A stretch of DNA of 64,000 nt from Promethearchaeota archaeon (lineage in GTDB: Archaea > Asgardarchaeota > Thorarchaeia > Thorarchaeales > Thorarchaeaceae). Shown here piece by piece: positions 19,423-29,974 of the stretch (its first letter is position 1; every line of letters begins with the position of its first letter). The notes below the pieces were generated by a model that saw only the letters and a list, made by a program, of their open reading frames with translations, made no database searches and had not been told where the DNA came from. Made by a program: the position numbers and the translations under genes. Location of the stretch: positions 64,001 through 128,000 of the forward strand of contig WJMJ01000046.1 in NCBI GenBank assembly GCA_014728035.1, read 5' to 3'.

Positions 19423-20528
19423 ACTGGTTCGAATAACACTTGTAATCGATCCCAAGTGGGATATTCGTAGACAATCCCAATTTCGAGAGGGATAGAGAAT
19501 AATGCACGAATATCCAAAGAGATCTCCTCCAATATCCAAGGTGCAATTTCAATCCGACTTCGCACATAATCTCGATTCATTAGATTCATTGGTACCTCAA
19601 AGTATTCATGCAATACTGAAACGATGTGGTCTATATTCTCGTCTGATAGAGTTGAGCCGTGTGTACTGCGAATAACACCGAGAATGACAAGAGGTTCATC
19701 TGCATCCTGTTCTTCAAATTCACGAATTGTTCTTTCAATGCGTCGAGAGAGCCGATTTCGCATCTGCACACTATCTTTGAAAGTAGCTGAACAAAAGTGC
19801 AATGATAAAGTTTCAAGATTCTTTTCACCCCACTGAATAAGACTAATTGCATCTTCTTTGCTGCCAAGTATACTAGAATAAGCCAAATCAGTTAGTTGAA
19901 ATCCAAGTTTTCGTAATCTAGCGAAATTAGTTTCGCTGGCTTCAAGTTCATTTAGATTGACAAATGACACAGATAGCGCTTCTGCACGTTGTAGAAGTTT
20001 TTTTGTAGAATCTAATTTTCCTGGAATAACAGGAATTTCAATACCTGTCATCAAATCTAACTTCAAAGCAGTTTCGATTCCAGACCAATTCTGCGTTTGT
20101 GGATGAAACCGTATCTCATCTAGTCCAGCAGATCTTAATTCTTCCAAAGCAATTTCTTCTACATCAGTATGGCATGTATAAAGGTGAATATGAAATTTTT
20201 CTCCGAAGGATTCCTTTAACTGGCGGATATACGAAACTGTACGGTCAAAAACGCATAATGGATCACCACCACTAATGCCCACCCCTTCTGCATTAATTGC
20301 CTTTGCTTCAAATAAGATGTCGCCATAGGACTTTACAGGCATTTCATCCGCGAAGACCAAGTCCTTCTCACGTTTGCCAATAGAGAGAGGACAGTAATAG
20401 CAGGAACTATCACATAATCCTGTGACGAACAACACCATCTTGGATCCATTAGAACAAAAACGACATCCCAAGGGTAGTTCACCTAAGAGAAGAGAACCAC
20501 CTTCAAGTTGCTTCACCGTCCTGGACAT
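19419..20528 (-). CDS. Radical SAM protein (archaeal COG2108-like)
   Basis: GCRFC, FVTGLCDSSCYYCPLS, GGDP, LDEIRFHP. Confidence 0.88.
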   Translation of the reverse strand: MSRTVKQLEGGSLLLGELPLGCRFCSNGSKMVLFVTGLCDSSCYYCPLSIGKREKDLVFADEMPVKSYGDILFEAKAINAEGVGISGGDPLCVFDRTVSYIRQLKESFGEKFHIHLYTCHTDVEEIALEELRSAGLDEIRFHPQTQNWSGIETALKLDLMTGIEIPVIPGKLDSTKKLLQRAEALSVSFVNLNELEASETNFARLRKLGFQLTDLAYSSILGSKEDAISLIQWGEKNLETLSLHFCSATFKDSVQMRNRLSRRIERTIREFEEQDADEPLVILGVIRSTHGSTLSDENIDHIVSVLHEYFEVPMNLMNRDYVRSRIEIAPWILEEISLDIRALFSIPLEIGIVYEYPTWDRLQVLFEPV

Positions 20529-20538
20529 ATCAACACCT

Positions 20539-21240
20539 CTACCTTCTTCGTCTGCTAATAGTCCTTCTTAGAGCTGGGTCCGAATCCTTCAAAGCCTTTG
20601 CTACTTGCTCAAAACCTTCATCTGGAGTAAGACGTCTTGTGAGGTAAACACCTGTACGACCCACTTGGTCACGTCTATGTAACACACGTATTCGTTCATT
20701 AGCAATTTCTACAGAAACCCCCAAAATTTTTGCGACTCGTGCTTCATTTCCAATAATTCCAGACTCTACATGTCCTTTATCTATAGGCTCGATAAGCAAT
20801 AGTCGTTTGTCCACTCCGGAAACCCTTTTTTGTGACTTCAATCCCTCAAGTGAAAGCTGTCCACCCCATCGATAGAACTCTCGTTCGCGTGGCATGAATT
20901 TGAAAAGAGGAAATGTAACTACGGTTTCATAGTCAAGATGAATATGTCCTTTTAGAACCGTTGAGGGTGTCGCTTGAACCAATTCTCGTTTAATCCCAGA
21001 GCCAACTGCCACTTCAACACGATAGCTTGAAACGGGATGTGGAATAATGATATCTATATCGGACGAATCTGATACATCACCACGAGCAACAGACCCATAG
21101 GTAAAAGAAGGAATATTTGATTGACTCAACGAAGCCATAACCTCAATTGCTCGTTTTCTAAGGGATACAAGTCTATTCCAGTGTTGAGAAGTATATTCGA
21201 CCACACGGAAATCGTGTAAATTCTCAGGTTTTTCTGCCAC
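20539..21240 (-). CDS. Pol beta-superfamily nucleotidyltransferase (COG2413-like)
   Basis: GSVARGDV..SDIDI, QATP, GVDKRL, GRTGVY; GTG start at 21240 inferred. Confidence 0.85.
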   Translation of the reverse strand: MAEKPENLHDFRVVEYTSQHWNRLVSLRKRAIEVMASLSQSNIPSFTYGSVARGDVSDSSDIDIIIPHPVSSYRVEVAVGSGIKRELVQATPSTVLKGHIHLDYETVVTFPLFKFMPREREFYRWGGQLSLEGLKSQKRVSGVDKRLLLIEPIDKGHVESGIIGNEARVAKILGVSVEIANERIRVLHRRDQVGRTGVYLTRRLTPDEGFEQVAKALKDSDPALRRTISRRRR

Positions 21241-21244
21241 AGTA

Positions 21245-22165
21245 TCACAACTCCTCAAGGAGAGAACACGCTTTGCAGACATTACGTGGAGTCGGCGAAC
21301 CACATTTGTCACATTTTCTAAAAGTGGAATCACTAGGTCGAGTGAGAAGGGATTTGCTAATCACATCACCAGAACTGAGTATTGCAAGAAAGGTCCCGGG
21401 ATGACGATACTCCATCTTATTTAGAAAGATTCGAACTTCACTTCTGTATGCTTCTTCTGCATAGGGACAAGGAACATCATGATAAGGCAGATGCATATAG
21501 TGGGTATATGCTATAACATCACGTTGTGAAATGCCCATTAGAGGTTTGATTCTAGGAATAAACCCATCAACAGGGTTTGCCCGAAATCGATTTCCTCTCG
21601 TAATCCTCCGGGTGTCACCCCGCATAATGTTCATGAGGATTGTTTGTGCCTCATCATCCATTATATGACCAGTAGCAACAACATCAGCATCCAAAGCTAT
21701 GGCTGCATCATTCATAGCCTTTCGTCTAAAAACACCACAATAAGAACAAGCCCCAAAACTTGTATCCGAACGATTCTTTACAATCTCATCAAGTGTCTTT
21801 CCAAAGAGTTCATTGAATGACCAAATATGTAAATCAAGTCCATGCAGACCTACTAATTTTTTTGCCGCTTTTAGTGCTTCATCACGGTATCCCATAATTC
21901 CCTCATCGATAGTAAAAGGTAAAATTTCCGATTCGGAATATGCATCCTCGATGCGGACAAGGATATCTAATAGCGCTGCACTATCCTTCCCACCAGAAAT
22001 AGCTACCGCAATCCTGTCATGTCTTTTTAGCATATCATATTTATTGATGGTCCTTCTAACTCGGTCAAGAGTGCATTCTAAAAGACATGATACACATAAT
22101 CGTTCATTCGTATAGCGTCTAAGATAGACTGCTGATTTTTCACACTTGGAGCATTTTACAGACAT
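21245..22165 (-). CDS. ncsA: tRNA 2-thiolation protein NcsA/TtuA (TIGR00269-like)
   Basis: N- and C-terminal Zn fingers, SGGKDS PP-loop, CSYCGVFRR, ATGH, CPY. Confidence 0.88.
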   Translation of the reverse strand: MSVKCSKCEKSAVYLRRYTNERLCVSCLLECTLDRVRRTINKYDMLKRHDRIAVAISGGKDSAALLDILVRIEDAYSESEILPFTIDEGIMGYRDEALKAAKKLVGLHGLDLHIWSFNELFGKTLDEIVKNRSDTSFGACSYCGVFRRKAMNDAAIALDADVVATGHIMDDEAQTILMNIMRGDTRRITRGNRFRANPVDGFIPRIKPLMGISQRDVIAYTHYMHLPYHDVPCPYAEEAYRSEVRIFLNKMEYRHPGTFLAILSSGDVISKSLLTRPSDSTFRKCDKCGSPTPRNVCKACSLLEEL

Positions 22166-22259
22166 TTCAAGATATACTCCATTGGAACCTATTTCAAGTT
22201 GCAGTTATATCTTCACCATATAAAAAAGAGAAGTTGTTGCCTCTTTGAGGCAACTCGTA

Positions 22260-23429
22260 TTAGAAAAGACCCTTCCCAAGCCAAAGGCTCAAACCCATGC
22301 TCAACAAGACCACAGCTATGGAAAATATTCGCAGGGGATACATTACAGCTTTTATCTTTCGTTCATCTTCAGTAATCAAACTCAAACCATTGGAGAGTAG
22401 CTTGTCACCATCAAAAATTGGGATTGGTAAAAGATTGAACAAAGCCACTGAGAAAAGAATCACAAAAGACCAAGTCAAAGTCATTTGGAAATGAAAAGCA
22501 AACATAGGATCAAACAAAATATCCCAACCGGGCTTGGGCTCCCAATAATCAGCCCCATAAACTCCAATATATCCTTTATACGGCACCGCATCATTTTGCC
22601 CTAAAATGATTGACACACTCTCACCACTCATTAAATGAACAACAAGTGTATCACCAGGAGATGTATCATTCATATAGATTGATAGATCAGACCATGTTTC
22701 AATTTCTGTTGAATTCAGACCAATAATTACATCACCAACCTCTAATTCGCCCATTGCAGCAGAGGTCGGAGCGATATCGTACAAGTATGCACCATTTGGA
22801 CTATTGAATCCAAAGGACATGACTGTGCCAAAGTTAGACAAAAGAATAAGGAAGACAAACGCCCAAATCATATTGGCATAGGATCCCGCAGCAAGCAATC
22901 GCATTCTATCTTTGGGAGTTGCCTCTTTCTCAAAAGCTTCTTCATCAGGTTCAACAAACCCCCCGAAAAGTACAAGCAAGAATAACAACCCGGAGCTCTT
23001 AATGGGAATATTATCTTTTGCAGATGCCAAACCATGTGCGAACTCGTGCGTGAGGAGTGTGATTCCCAAACCAATTAAAATATAGATCATGGGAAGACCA
23101 GTTATTGTGACTCCCGGGATTATAGGAACGACTCCTCCTGCAGCTGAAGGAGCTATGAAAAACTTGAGCAAATTATCAGTGAAGATATAGAACCCGAAAA
23201 TCATCCCGCCAAATGCAGCGACGATGCCAATATTGAAGAATGCACGCGGGAACTTTTTGCCCATTCTTGTTAAGAATTTATTCAATCGCTCTGTCTTTAT
23301 CAGAATGAAGAAAGGAGTACCTACATCAATTCCCCGTTCAGCGAGTTTATCAAATCCAATTGCCTGAGCTACAAAATATATGACAAGATAGAGTGCTGCT
23401 ATGATGATTATTACTGTTAGAGGGTCCAT
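22260..23429 (-). CDS. Site-2 protease (M50) with PDZ domain
   Basis: HEFAH, FVEPDE, AAGSYAN, NLLPIPIFDG. Confidence 0.93.
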   Translation of the reverse strand: MDPLTVIIIIAALYLVIYFVAQAIGFDKLAERGIDVGTPFFILIKTERLNKFLTRMGKKFPRAFFNIGIVAAFGGMIFGFYIFTDNLLKFFIAPSAAGGVVPIIPGVTITGLPMIYILIGLGITLLTHEFAHGLASAKDNIPIKSSGLLFLLVLFGGFVEPDEEAFEKEATPKDRMRLLAAGSYANMIWAFVFLILLSNFGTVMSFGFNSPNGAYLYDIAPTSAAMGELEVGDVIIGLNSTEIETWSDLSIYMNDTSPGDTLVVHLMSGESVSIILGQNDAVPYKGYIGVYGADYWEPKPGWDILFDPMFAFHFQMTLTWSFVILFSVALFNLLPIPIFDGDKLLSNGLSLITEDERKIKAVMYPLRIFSIAVVLLSMGLSLWLGKGLF

Positions 23430-23619
23430 ACAATCACATGTCCTGTTTTTGTCAGCAGATTGAGCCTTCGAAGCTCAGGAAAGTTATAACGATTATGTAC
23501 TAGGCTAAAGATTCAGTTCCTACTTGCGACTAAACCGTAATCCTCATAAAGTCAATTAAACACGCTACGGCAGTGTCCGTACTAAGGACCAAATACAAAC
23601 AAAGGTAGGCGAATGAACA

Positions 23620-24003
23620 ATGCCATTCAAACTTGTCATTTCGGATCCAGAAACTGGAAAAGCAATCCAGTATGAGTTAGATGATGCAAAAACAAAAGCA
23701 TTAGTTGGTAAAACAATCGGAGAAATTGTGGATGGAGATGTATTAGGCCTACCAGGCTACAAACTCAAAATTACTGGTGGTAGCGATTCTTCGGGATTCC
23801 CAATTAGACCGGATATGCACGGAAGTGGAAAAAAGAGAATTTTAATTCGTGGGAGACCCGGATTGCGGCCAAAAAGAGAAGGAATAGCAAGAAGAAAGAC
23901 GGTTCGCGGACGTGAACTGAGTGCTGCAATTTCTCAAGTCAATATGAGAGTTGAAGAAAAGGGTTCAACATCTATTGAAGAATTGATTGTCAAAGCGGCA
24001 TAA
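23620..24003 (+). CDS. rps6e: Ribosomal protein eS6
   Basis: FKLVISDP, ITGGSDSSGFP, RRKTVRG. Confidence 0.97.
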   Translation: MPFKLVISDPETGKAIQYELDDAKTKALVGKTIGEIVDGDVLGLPGYKLKITGGSDSSGFPIRPDMHGSGKKRILIRGRPGLRPKREGIARRKTVRGRELSAAISQVNMRVEEKGSTSIEELIVKAA

Positions 24004-24083
24004 TCGATTTTGGGCGAAACCATAGACTTCATAAGAAGTCTGTAGAAATCTGAAGGATAATGGACATTGGAAGTGAATACTAG

Positions 24084-25331
24084 GTGACTTCAAAGTACGT
24101 CGGACAATCGGAAATCAGTATAGGGACACTTGGACATGTAGACCATGGAAAAACCACACTTGTTCAGAAACTCACAGGAGAATGGACAGATAGACACTCT
24201 GATGAGATTCGAAGAGGAATCTCAATCAGATTAGGCTATGCTTCCACAGTGTTGATGAAATGCAAGAAATGTCCTGAGCCAGAAGCATTCACTACTAAAT
24301 ACCTTGCAAGAAAAACAGATGGAAAATGTCCAAATTGTGATGGTGACCTTGAAGTCATGAGAGAGATTTCTTTTGTCGATAGTCCAGGTCACGAGTCTCT
24401 GATGGCAACCTGTCTTAGTGGTGCCAGTCTAATGGATGGAGCAATCCTAGTAATAGCAGCAAATGAACCATGTCCAATGCCCCAGACTTCAGAACATCTC
24501 CGTGCACTTGAAATCGTAGGTGTTAAGAATCTGATAATTGTTCAAAATAAGATAGAACTTGTCAGTCCAGAAGAGGCAAAAGAGCATTACAAACAGATTC
24601 AAGATTTCGTTAAAGGTACGATTGCAGAAAACGCACCAATTGTCCCATTATCCGCGATTTTTGGAGCGAACATGGATATTCTCATTCAAACCCTTGAAAA
24701 AGTGATACCTACTCCAGAAAGAGATGAGGATGCACAACCAAAGATGTTCATTGCAAGATCATTTGACATCAATAAACCAGGTACTCTTCCTCAGGACTTG
24801 AAAGGTGGAGTAATAGGAGGATCTATTGTTCAAGGAAAGTTGAAGGTGGGAGATGAGATAGAAATAGCCCCAGGATATAGGTCAGATAGAGGATTCATAC
24901 CAATCAGAGCTAAAGTGCTTAGTCTTGTTTCAGGTAGTGGAAACCATCTGGAGGAGGCCTACCCAGGAGGGCTTATTGGTGTTGGAACCGCATTGGATCC
25001 AGCTTCAACACGTGCAGACCGACTTGTGGGAAATGTTGTTGGAAAAGTAGGTAAAATGCCGGAGATCTATGAGGAGCTAATGGTAAAACCGACTCTTATG
25101 CAACGAGTTATCGGGATGGAATCGAAAAAAGAAGTTGACAACCTTCGACTCAATGAACCACTAATGCTTGTTGTGGGAACTGCAGCAACAGTTGGAGTAA
25201 TCACCCGTCTTCATGGCGACGAGATTGAGATGGCCCTTAAACGACCAGTTGCTGGGGAGAAAGGGCAGCGAATTGCAATTGGAAGACGTGTTGAAAACAA
25301 ATGGCGACTCATTGGCTATGCCGAACTTTAA
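24084..25331 (+). CDS. eif2g: Translation initiation factor aIF2 gamma
   Basis: GHVDHGKTT, RGISIRLGY, Zn knuckle, DSPGHE, QNKIE, WRLIGY. Confidence 0.97.
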   Translation: MTSKYVGQSEISIGTLGHVDHGKTTLVQKLTGEWTDRHSDEIRRGISIRLGYASTVLMKCKKCPEPEAFTTKYLARKTDGKCPNCDGDLEVMREISFVDSPGHESLMATCLSGASLMDGAILVIAANEPCPMPQTSEHLRALEIVGVKNLIIVQNKIELVSPEEAKEHYKQIQDFVKGTIAENAPIVPLSAIFGANMDILIQTLEKVIPTPERDEDAQPKMFIARSFDINKPGTLPQDLKGGVIGGSIVQGKLKVGDEIEIAPGYRSDRGFIPIRAKVLSLVSGSGNHLEEAYPGGLIGVGTALDPASTRADRLVGNVVGKVGKMPEIYEELMVKPTLMQRVIGMESKKEVDNLRLNEPLMLVVGTAATVGVITRLHGDEIEMALKRPVAGEKGQRIAIGRRVENKWRLIGYAEL

Positions 25332-25337
25332 TGTTGC

Positions 25338-25754
25338 GTGAGTGATTTGCCAGTTGTGGTGGTTATTGATACTAACTTCATCACGATTCCCGCACAATTT
25401 GCACTTGACATTTTCCTAGAAACAGAAATTGTTGTAGAAAGAAAAGTGGATTTTCATATTCTTACTTCAGTTATAGAAGAAATAGATCGAAAAATAGCAC
25501 AGGCAAAAAAGATGTCGAAAAAACGAATATTTCGAATCGCTAAGTCACTTGTAGAACAATGCCAAGTAGTTCAAACTGACGCGTTTCTTGAAGGACTCCC
25601 TGTCGATGATCAGCTTATTCAGTATGCAAGGAGGGTTAAAGGAATCATTGCAACCAATGATAGAGAACTCAAACACAAGGCACGAGCACAGGGCATACCA
25701 GTACTTATGTTACGCAGTAGAAAACACTTAATCCTCGAAGGCAATATACTTTAG
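25338..25754 (+). CDS. PIN-domain protein (Fcf1/Utp24-like)
   Basis: VIDTNF, VIEEI, VDD, ATNDREL; conserved slot between aIF2gamma and rpoE1. Confidence 0.88.
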   Translation: MSDLPVVVVIDTNFITIPAQFALDIFLETEIVVERKVDFHILTSVIEEIDRKIAQAKKMSKKRIFRIAKSLVEQCQVVQTDAFLEGLPVDDQLIQYARRVKGIIATNDRELKHKARAQGIPVLMLRSRKHLILEGNIL

Positions 25755-25882
25755 GCGATGTCGTAACGTTTTTATGATTCCCAAAATGTTGTGCCGCTGA
25801 GCCGACGAGTTCATACCATTATGCCATCCTCTAGGACGGTATGATTGTTCTACGACAAGTTGTCCATCAGGAGCCTCTAACA

Positions 25883-26485
25883 ATGTATTCAATTGTCACA
25901 GTCAGGGATATAGTTCGAATCCCCCCACGAGAGTTCGGTGAACCCCTAGAAGAAGCAGCTCTTACTCACCTGCGAAAAGCTAGTGAGAATGTCTTAGACC
26001 GAGATATCGGTCTCATGATAGCAGTCATCGATATAGAAGATATTGGTGCTGGTAGACTAATGCCGGGTGACGGTGCAACATATCATTCAGTAGTATATCA
26101 AGTACTGGTGTTTAAACCAGTCCGAGGTGAGCTTGTGGAAGGAAATGTCGTCGAAATAATGGACTTTGGAGCTTTCATCAGAATGGGGCCATTAGATGGT
26201 CTTTGTCACGTAAGTCAAATCTGTGATGACTTCATTACCCAAGATACCAAAGGTAGTGCTTTGCTTGGAAAAGAAACAGGACGTACTCTAACTGAGGGTG
26301 ACCAAGTGAGAGCAAGAATCACATCAATAAGTTTTGAGCCAGGGAATCGGTCTGGGAAACTAGGGTTAACAATGCGTCAACCATACCTAGGAAAGATTGG
26401 ACCGGACATTTCATGGATTGAAGAAGATGTCAAGATTGCCAGAGGCGAGATAGAGAAAGATGGCAAGAAGAAGAAGAAAGAGTAG
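25883..26485 (+). CDS. rpoE1: RNA polymerase subunit Rpo7 (E')
   Basis: VRIPP, PGDGA, FGAFIRMGPLDGLCHVSQI, LTMRQPYLGK. Confidence 0.96.
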   Translation: MYSIVTVRDIVRIPPREFGEPLEEAALTHLRKASENVLDRDIGLMIAVIDIEDIGAGRLMPGDGATYHSVVYQVLVFKPVRGELVEGNVVEIMDFGAFIRMGPLDGLCHVSQICDDFITQDTKGSALLGKETGRTLTEGDQVRARITSISFEPGNRSGKLGLTMRQPYLGKIGPDISWIEEDVKIARGEIEKDGKKKKKE

Positions 26486-26496
26486 AGGTATTGATT

Positions 26497-26709
26497 ATGG
26501 CAAAAATGAAAGCATGCAGAGACTGTCACTTTCTCACAAATGAAAGCCAATGCCCGAATTGTAAAGGCACGAATCTCTCAACATCCTATACAGGAATTGT
26601 AGTCATATTACCAGCAAGAGACCCACTTGAGGATCCGCGGAAGACCTCTTACGTAGCTTCAAGACTCAATATAGACAAACCCGGAAAATATGCTCTGAAG
26701 GTTAGATAA
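26497..26709 (+). CDS. spt4: Transcription elongation factor Spt4 (RpoE'')
   Basis: KACRDC..CPNC, PGKYALKVR. Confidence 0.95.
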   Translation: MAKMKACRDCHFLTNESQCPNCKGTNLSTSYTGIVVILPARDPLEDPRKTSYVASRLNIDKPGKYALKVR

Positions 26710-26787
26710 GCGGTCATGGTGAAAGCTTTATTAGATAACTTAAGTTCGACTGCCTGACTTGCCTCACGGGCAAGGTAAATACCAAGA

Positions 26788-27087
26788 GTGATGCCAATGA
26801 AAATAGACATCCTTCAGGAACGAGAAAATAAACCCCTTGCAAGGAAAGAAATTGACTTTGCAGTTGAGCATCTAGGAGGCACCACTCCAAGCAGAGCTGA
26901 TGTCAAATCAAAGCTTGTAGCAAAGTACGATGCTGATTCTGAAACTGTTGTGGTTAAGAAGATGATTACCCACTTTGGTTCTGGAATGACCAAAGGACAG
27001 GCACGTATCTATACTAGCAAGGACCAGATGGAACGAATCGAACTCGACTATGTCAAAAAGAGACACATCGTTAAGGAGAAGAAATAG
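26788..27087 (+). CDS. rps24e: Ribosomal protein eS24
   Basis: ENKPLARKE, TPSR, THFG..G.ARIY. Confidence 0.95.
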   Translation: MMPMKIDILQERENKPLARKEIDFAVEHLGGTTPSRADVKSKLVAKYDADSETVVVKKMITHFGSGMTKGQARIYTSKDQMERIELDYVKKRHIVKEKK

Positions 27088-27246
27088 ATGGCACATAAAC
27101 TTTACAAAGTAGATAAAAAGTCTGGAAAAGTCACCTCTGAACGCAGACCTTGTCCTAGATGTGAAAAAGGAACCTATATGGCTGAGCACTTCGACCGTTA
27201 TGCTTGTGGTCGTTGCGGATACACAGAGTTCAAGCGTAAAAAATAA
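27088..27246 (+). CDS. rps27ae: Ribosomal protein eS31 (S27ae), 52 aa, not in ORF track
   Basis: Manual translation MAHKLYKV...[27 protein letters not shown]. Confidence 0.95.
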   Translation: MAHKLYKVDKKSGKVTSERRPCPRCEKGTYMAEHFDRYACGRCGYTEFKRKK

Positions 27247-27300
27247 CCAACACGCACGATTATTGTTATATCTATTCTTCACAGTAGAGATAAGGTCTTA

Positions 27301-27558
27301 TCATTCTCCTACTATGGCCATAACCCATCTGACAAAAAACAGTATACCAATAACAACTGTAAGAAGTATGTCAATTTGAAAAACCCCAGGAAGAACAACC
27401 TCTGCCGATGCTGCTAGCATTAGAGCAAAAGGAAAAGTCACTATGAATGGCAATGTAGCTATAGTCAAAGACACTTCTTCACTTGCTACCATAGAATATA
27501 CTAAGGATAAAATCCATATCGCATAAATTGCGACTAGTACAGCTAACTCGAAAATCAT
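27301..27558 (-). CDS. Small three-TM membrane protein
   Basis: Hydrophobic throughout; AAGGA SD-like motif upstream. Confidence 0.6.
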   Translation of the reverse strand: MIFELAVLVAIYAIWILSLVYSMVASEEVSLTIATLPFIVTFPFALMLAASAEVVLPGVFQIDILLTVVIGILFFVRWVMAIVGE

Positions 27559-27714
27559 CAGACTTCCTTCTATCTTTATTCTGTACCGTTCCCTTTTCAA
27601 GTCCTCCTTTTGTCATTTTCATCGCTCACAACATCTCAGCTCATTACCTCATTGAAATAGCAACGACCCAACAAAAACCCTTAAAACTCCATGAAAGGCT
27701 TTCATAGTAAGCAT

Positions 27715-27823
27715 AGCGGGTTGGGGAAGCCAGGCCTATCCCGCAGGGCTCATAACCCTGAGACCGGTTGTTCGTCGTGTCTTGACTTCCAAGGTGCGGA
27801 CAAAAATCAACCACCCGCTACCA
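27715..27823 (+). tRNA. Initiator tRNA-Met(CAT) with 30-nt T-loop intron (27775-27804, position 57/58)
   Basis: A1-U72, GGG/CCC anticodon stem, encoded CCA; full bulge-helix-bulge (UGUU/GACA central helix) restores UUCGAAU. Confidence 0.93.
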
Positions 27824-28483
27824 TTTCTTCTAACTATCATTCTTCTCAAACTCATACTTGGCATCCAACATTTCAAGAAGATCGGGTCGTTCAAATGGAG
27901 CAGTCTGATTTGACTAAAGAATTGAATTGGTTTCTTTTCATATTCCTAGAAAGGTTGCCAGACTAACAACAGGATGGTCTCGATCAGGTGAAGTCAGGTC
28001 CTGCTCAAGGCCCACGTCAGCGGCTGCCTCAAGAACTACAATGAATGCGCTAGGCAGCAGTCTTGAGAGGGGAACAATCAAGGTCAGTGTATTATTTTCG
28101 ATATGTTCATGCAAAATGGATTCTGAGAGAGAGCCATTTTGATATGAAAACCGGTATACATGTGTGCCAGGAGTATCAATAAATCTAGCTACTATCAAGA
28201 ACCAAACGGAACTTGGAATTTAGTACAAAATCAATGTTAGCTCCTTTGAAATAAACGCCAGATATAGGAACGTATTCGATATCCAATAGGAATAGAAACA
28301 ACATGGGAAGAAGGAATGAACTCACCTTTGGCACGAATCTTGGAAAGTTTTGTATGTCTACGGGCAAGAGATTGTTCCATCATTGATGCAATCACAACAT
28401 CATTATTTTTTGCTGCTAGCTGTTTTCTTGATGTGCCAATCATGTGTAAAGTAAGTAAAAAATCCTAATAAACATTATCAACT

Positions 28484-28894
28484 CTAACACGCTACAAATA
28501 TGTCCTCCTTTGATAAGAGTGAAAGCCAGTTGACGGCTTCAAGATTGAAATCATGCAGACCTCTGCATCGACCAATCCATCTCCAGCAAGGCACACCATC
28601 AATTTGCTCAAGTCTGAAGAGATTAATCATTACACTACTAAATCTAACTTCGATAATAGTTCCTTCAGGAAAGTCGCCTAAACTGGCTGCCTGAAGAGTT
28701 CGCTTTCCAGAGGTTGAGTATTCACCACGTTCAGACAAATAGTACCTAACAATATGATGTGATGAATAATCGTAGAGAATAAGTGCAATATGGGGACGAC
28801 TAATAAAATCCCACCGAAGAGGAATTGCAGGTTTCCGAACTAATACGGATTCACCACATTGTTTGTGGGGAGTATGAACATTCGCAACCACCAT
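28484..28894 (-). CDS. Hypothetical protein
   Basis: 136-aa ORF with GAGG SD and TTATATT upstream; no recognisable motif. Confidence 0.45.
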   Translation of the reverse strand: MVVANVHTPHKQCGESVLVRKPAIPLRWDFISRPHIALILYDYSSHHIVRYYLSERGEYSTSGKRTLQAASLGDFPEGTIIEVRFSSVMINLFRLEQIDGVPCWRWIGRCRGLHDFNLEAVNWLSLLSKEDIFVAC

Positions 28895-29113
28895 AATCCT
28901 CTCTAGATAACATGTTTACTTTGAATAATATAAGGAGAGTCTGTTTCGTTCGCAATTATAATTCCCGCGGTATTCACGACTAAAGGCCGTTTTCCAAGCA
29001 ATACAGTTTTCAATGGATAAATAAAGACAGATATTTCTCAAAAATCAATCGGATTAACATGCTCCAACTAAACAAACGGACACAGAGGAAGCTGCGCCCT
29101 CTGTATCTGTATT

Positions 29114-29974
29114 TCATATCAATTCCAAAATCGTTTTCCACATATCATTCAAGAGGGAAGATATTGCATGTTGAGGTGCAAACTCTGGAATAGTTTTTGC
29201 ATCAAGCATAGACTTTGTTACAAGGGGGTCGAAAGGAATCATTCCGAGTAGAGAAAGACTATTTTCTTTACAGAAGGATTCAATTCTTGCACTATTTGCT
29301 TCACTCAAGTCAAATTTATTGATGATGACTGCGGAGGGAACATTGAATCGGTCAGCTAATTGAAGCACACGGCTCATATCATGAATCCCAGACATAGTTG
29401 GTTCAGTTACAATAACAGCTAAATCAATAGACCTGATAGTTGCAATAACTGGACAGCCAATCCCAGGGGACCCATCAATGAGTATTGTATCAGACCCATT
29501 TGATTTAGCTAATTCTTCTCCTTGTTTTCTTACCTCTGTAACAAGCAATCCTGAATTTCCCTCACCAGGTAAGAGTTTGGCATGGCTCATGGGACCAAAA
29601 CGAGTTAGAGATTCAAAAAGGTGTCCAGAAACACGATCAACCATTTGTACCGCATGTTCAGGACATACATACTCACACACTGCACACCCTTCACAAGAAA
29701 TAGCATCAATCATAGGAGGATGAGCAGCATCAAAACGACAGCTCTCTTCACATAGACCACATTCTGTACATAGCTCAGAATCTATCTTAGCAACCTTTGA
29801 GCTTTGAAACTCCTCGGTCTTCTTTATTTCTGGTTGGAGAAGAATATGTAAATCTGGAGCATCCACATCGCAATCAGCAAGTATTATGTTTTCGGCTAAA
29901 GAGGCAAATGCTGCAACAACAGAAGTCTTACCAGTTCCACCTTTTCCACTTATTACCGCAATCTCACAAACCAT
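29114..29974 (-). CDS. MinD-superfamily P-loop ATPase with inserted 4Fe-4S ferredoxin
   Basis: SGKGGTGKT, DCDVDAP, two CxxCxxCxxxC, DGSPGIGCP, VTEPT. Confidence 0.92.
   Translation of the reverse strand: MVCEIAVISGKGGTGKTSVVAAFASLAENIILADCDVDAPDLHILLQPEIKKTEEFQSSKVAKIDSELCTECGLCEESCRFDAAHPPMIDAISCEGCAVCEYVCPEHAVQMVDRVSGHLFESLTRFGPMSHAKLLPGEGNSGLLVTEVRKQGEELAKSNGSDTILIDGSPGIGCPVIATIRSIDLAVIVTEPTMSGIHDMSRVLQLADRFNVPSAVIINKFDLSEANSARIESFCKENSLSLLGMIPFDPLVTKSMLDAKTIPEFAPQHAISSLLNDMWKTILELI

Noticed and set aside
2362-27246. Eukaryote-like ubiquitin fusions on eS30 or eS31
   Set aside because: Both start directly at the ribosomal protein domain
27691-27966. 91-aa ORF, and similarly 9835-10080
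   Set aside because: Shadow ORFs overlapping the initiator tRNA and the 5S rRNA
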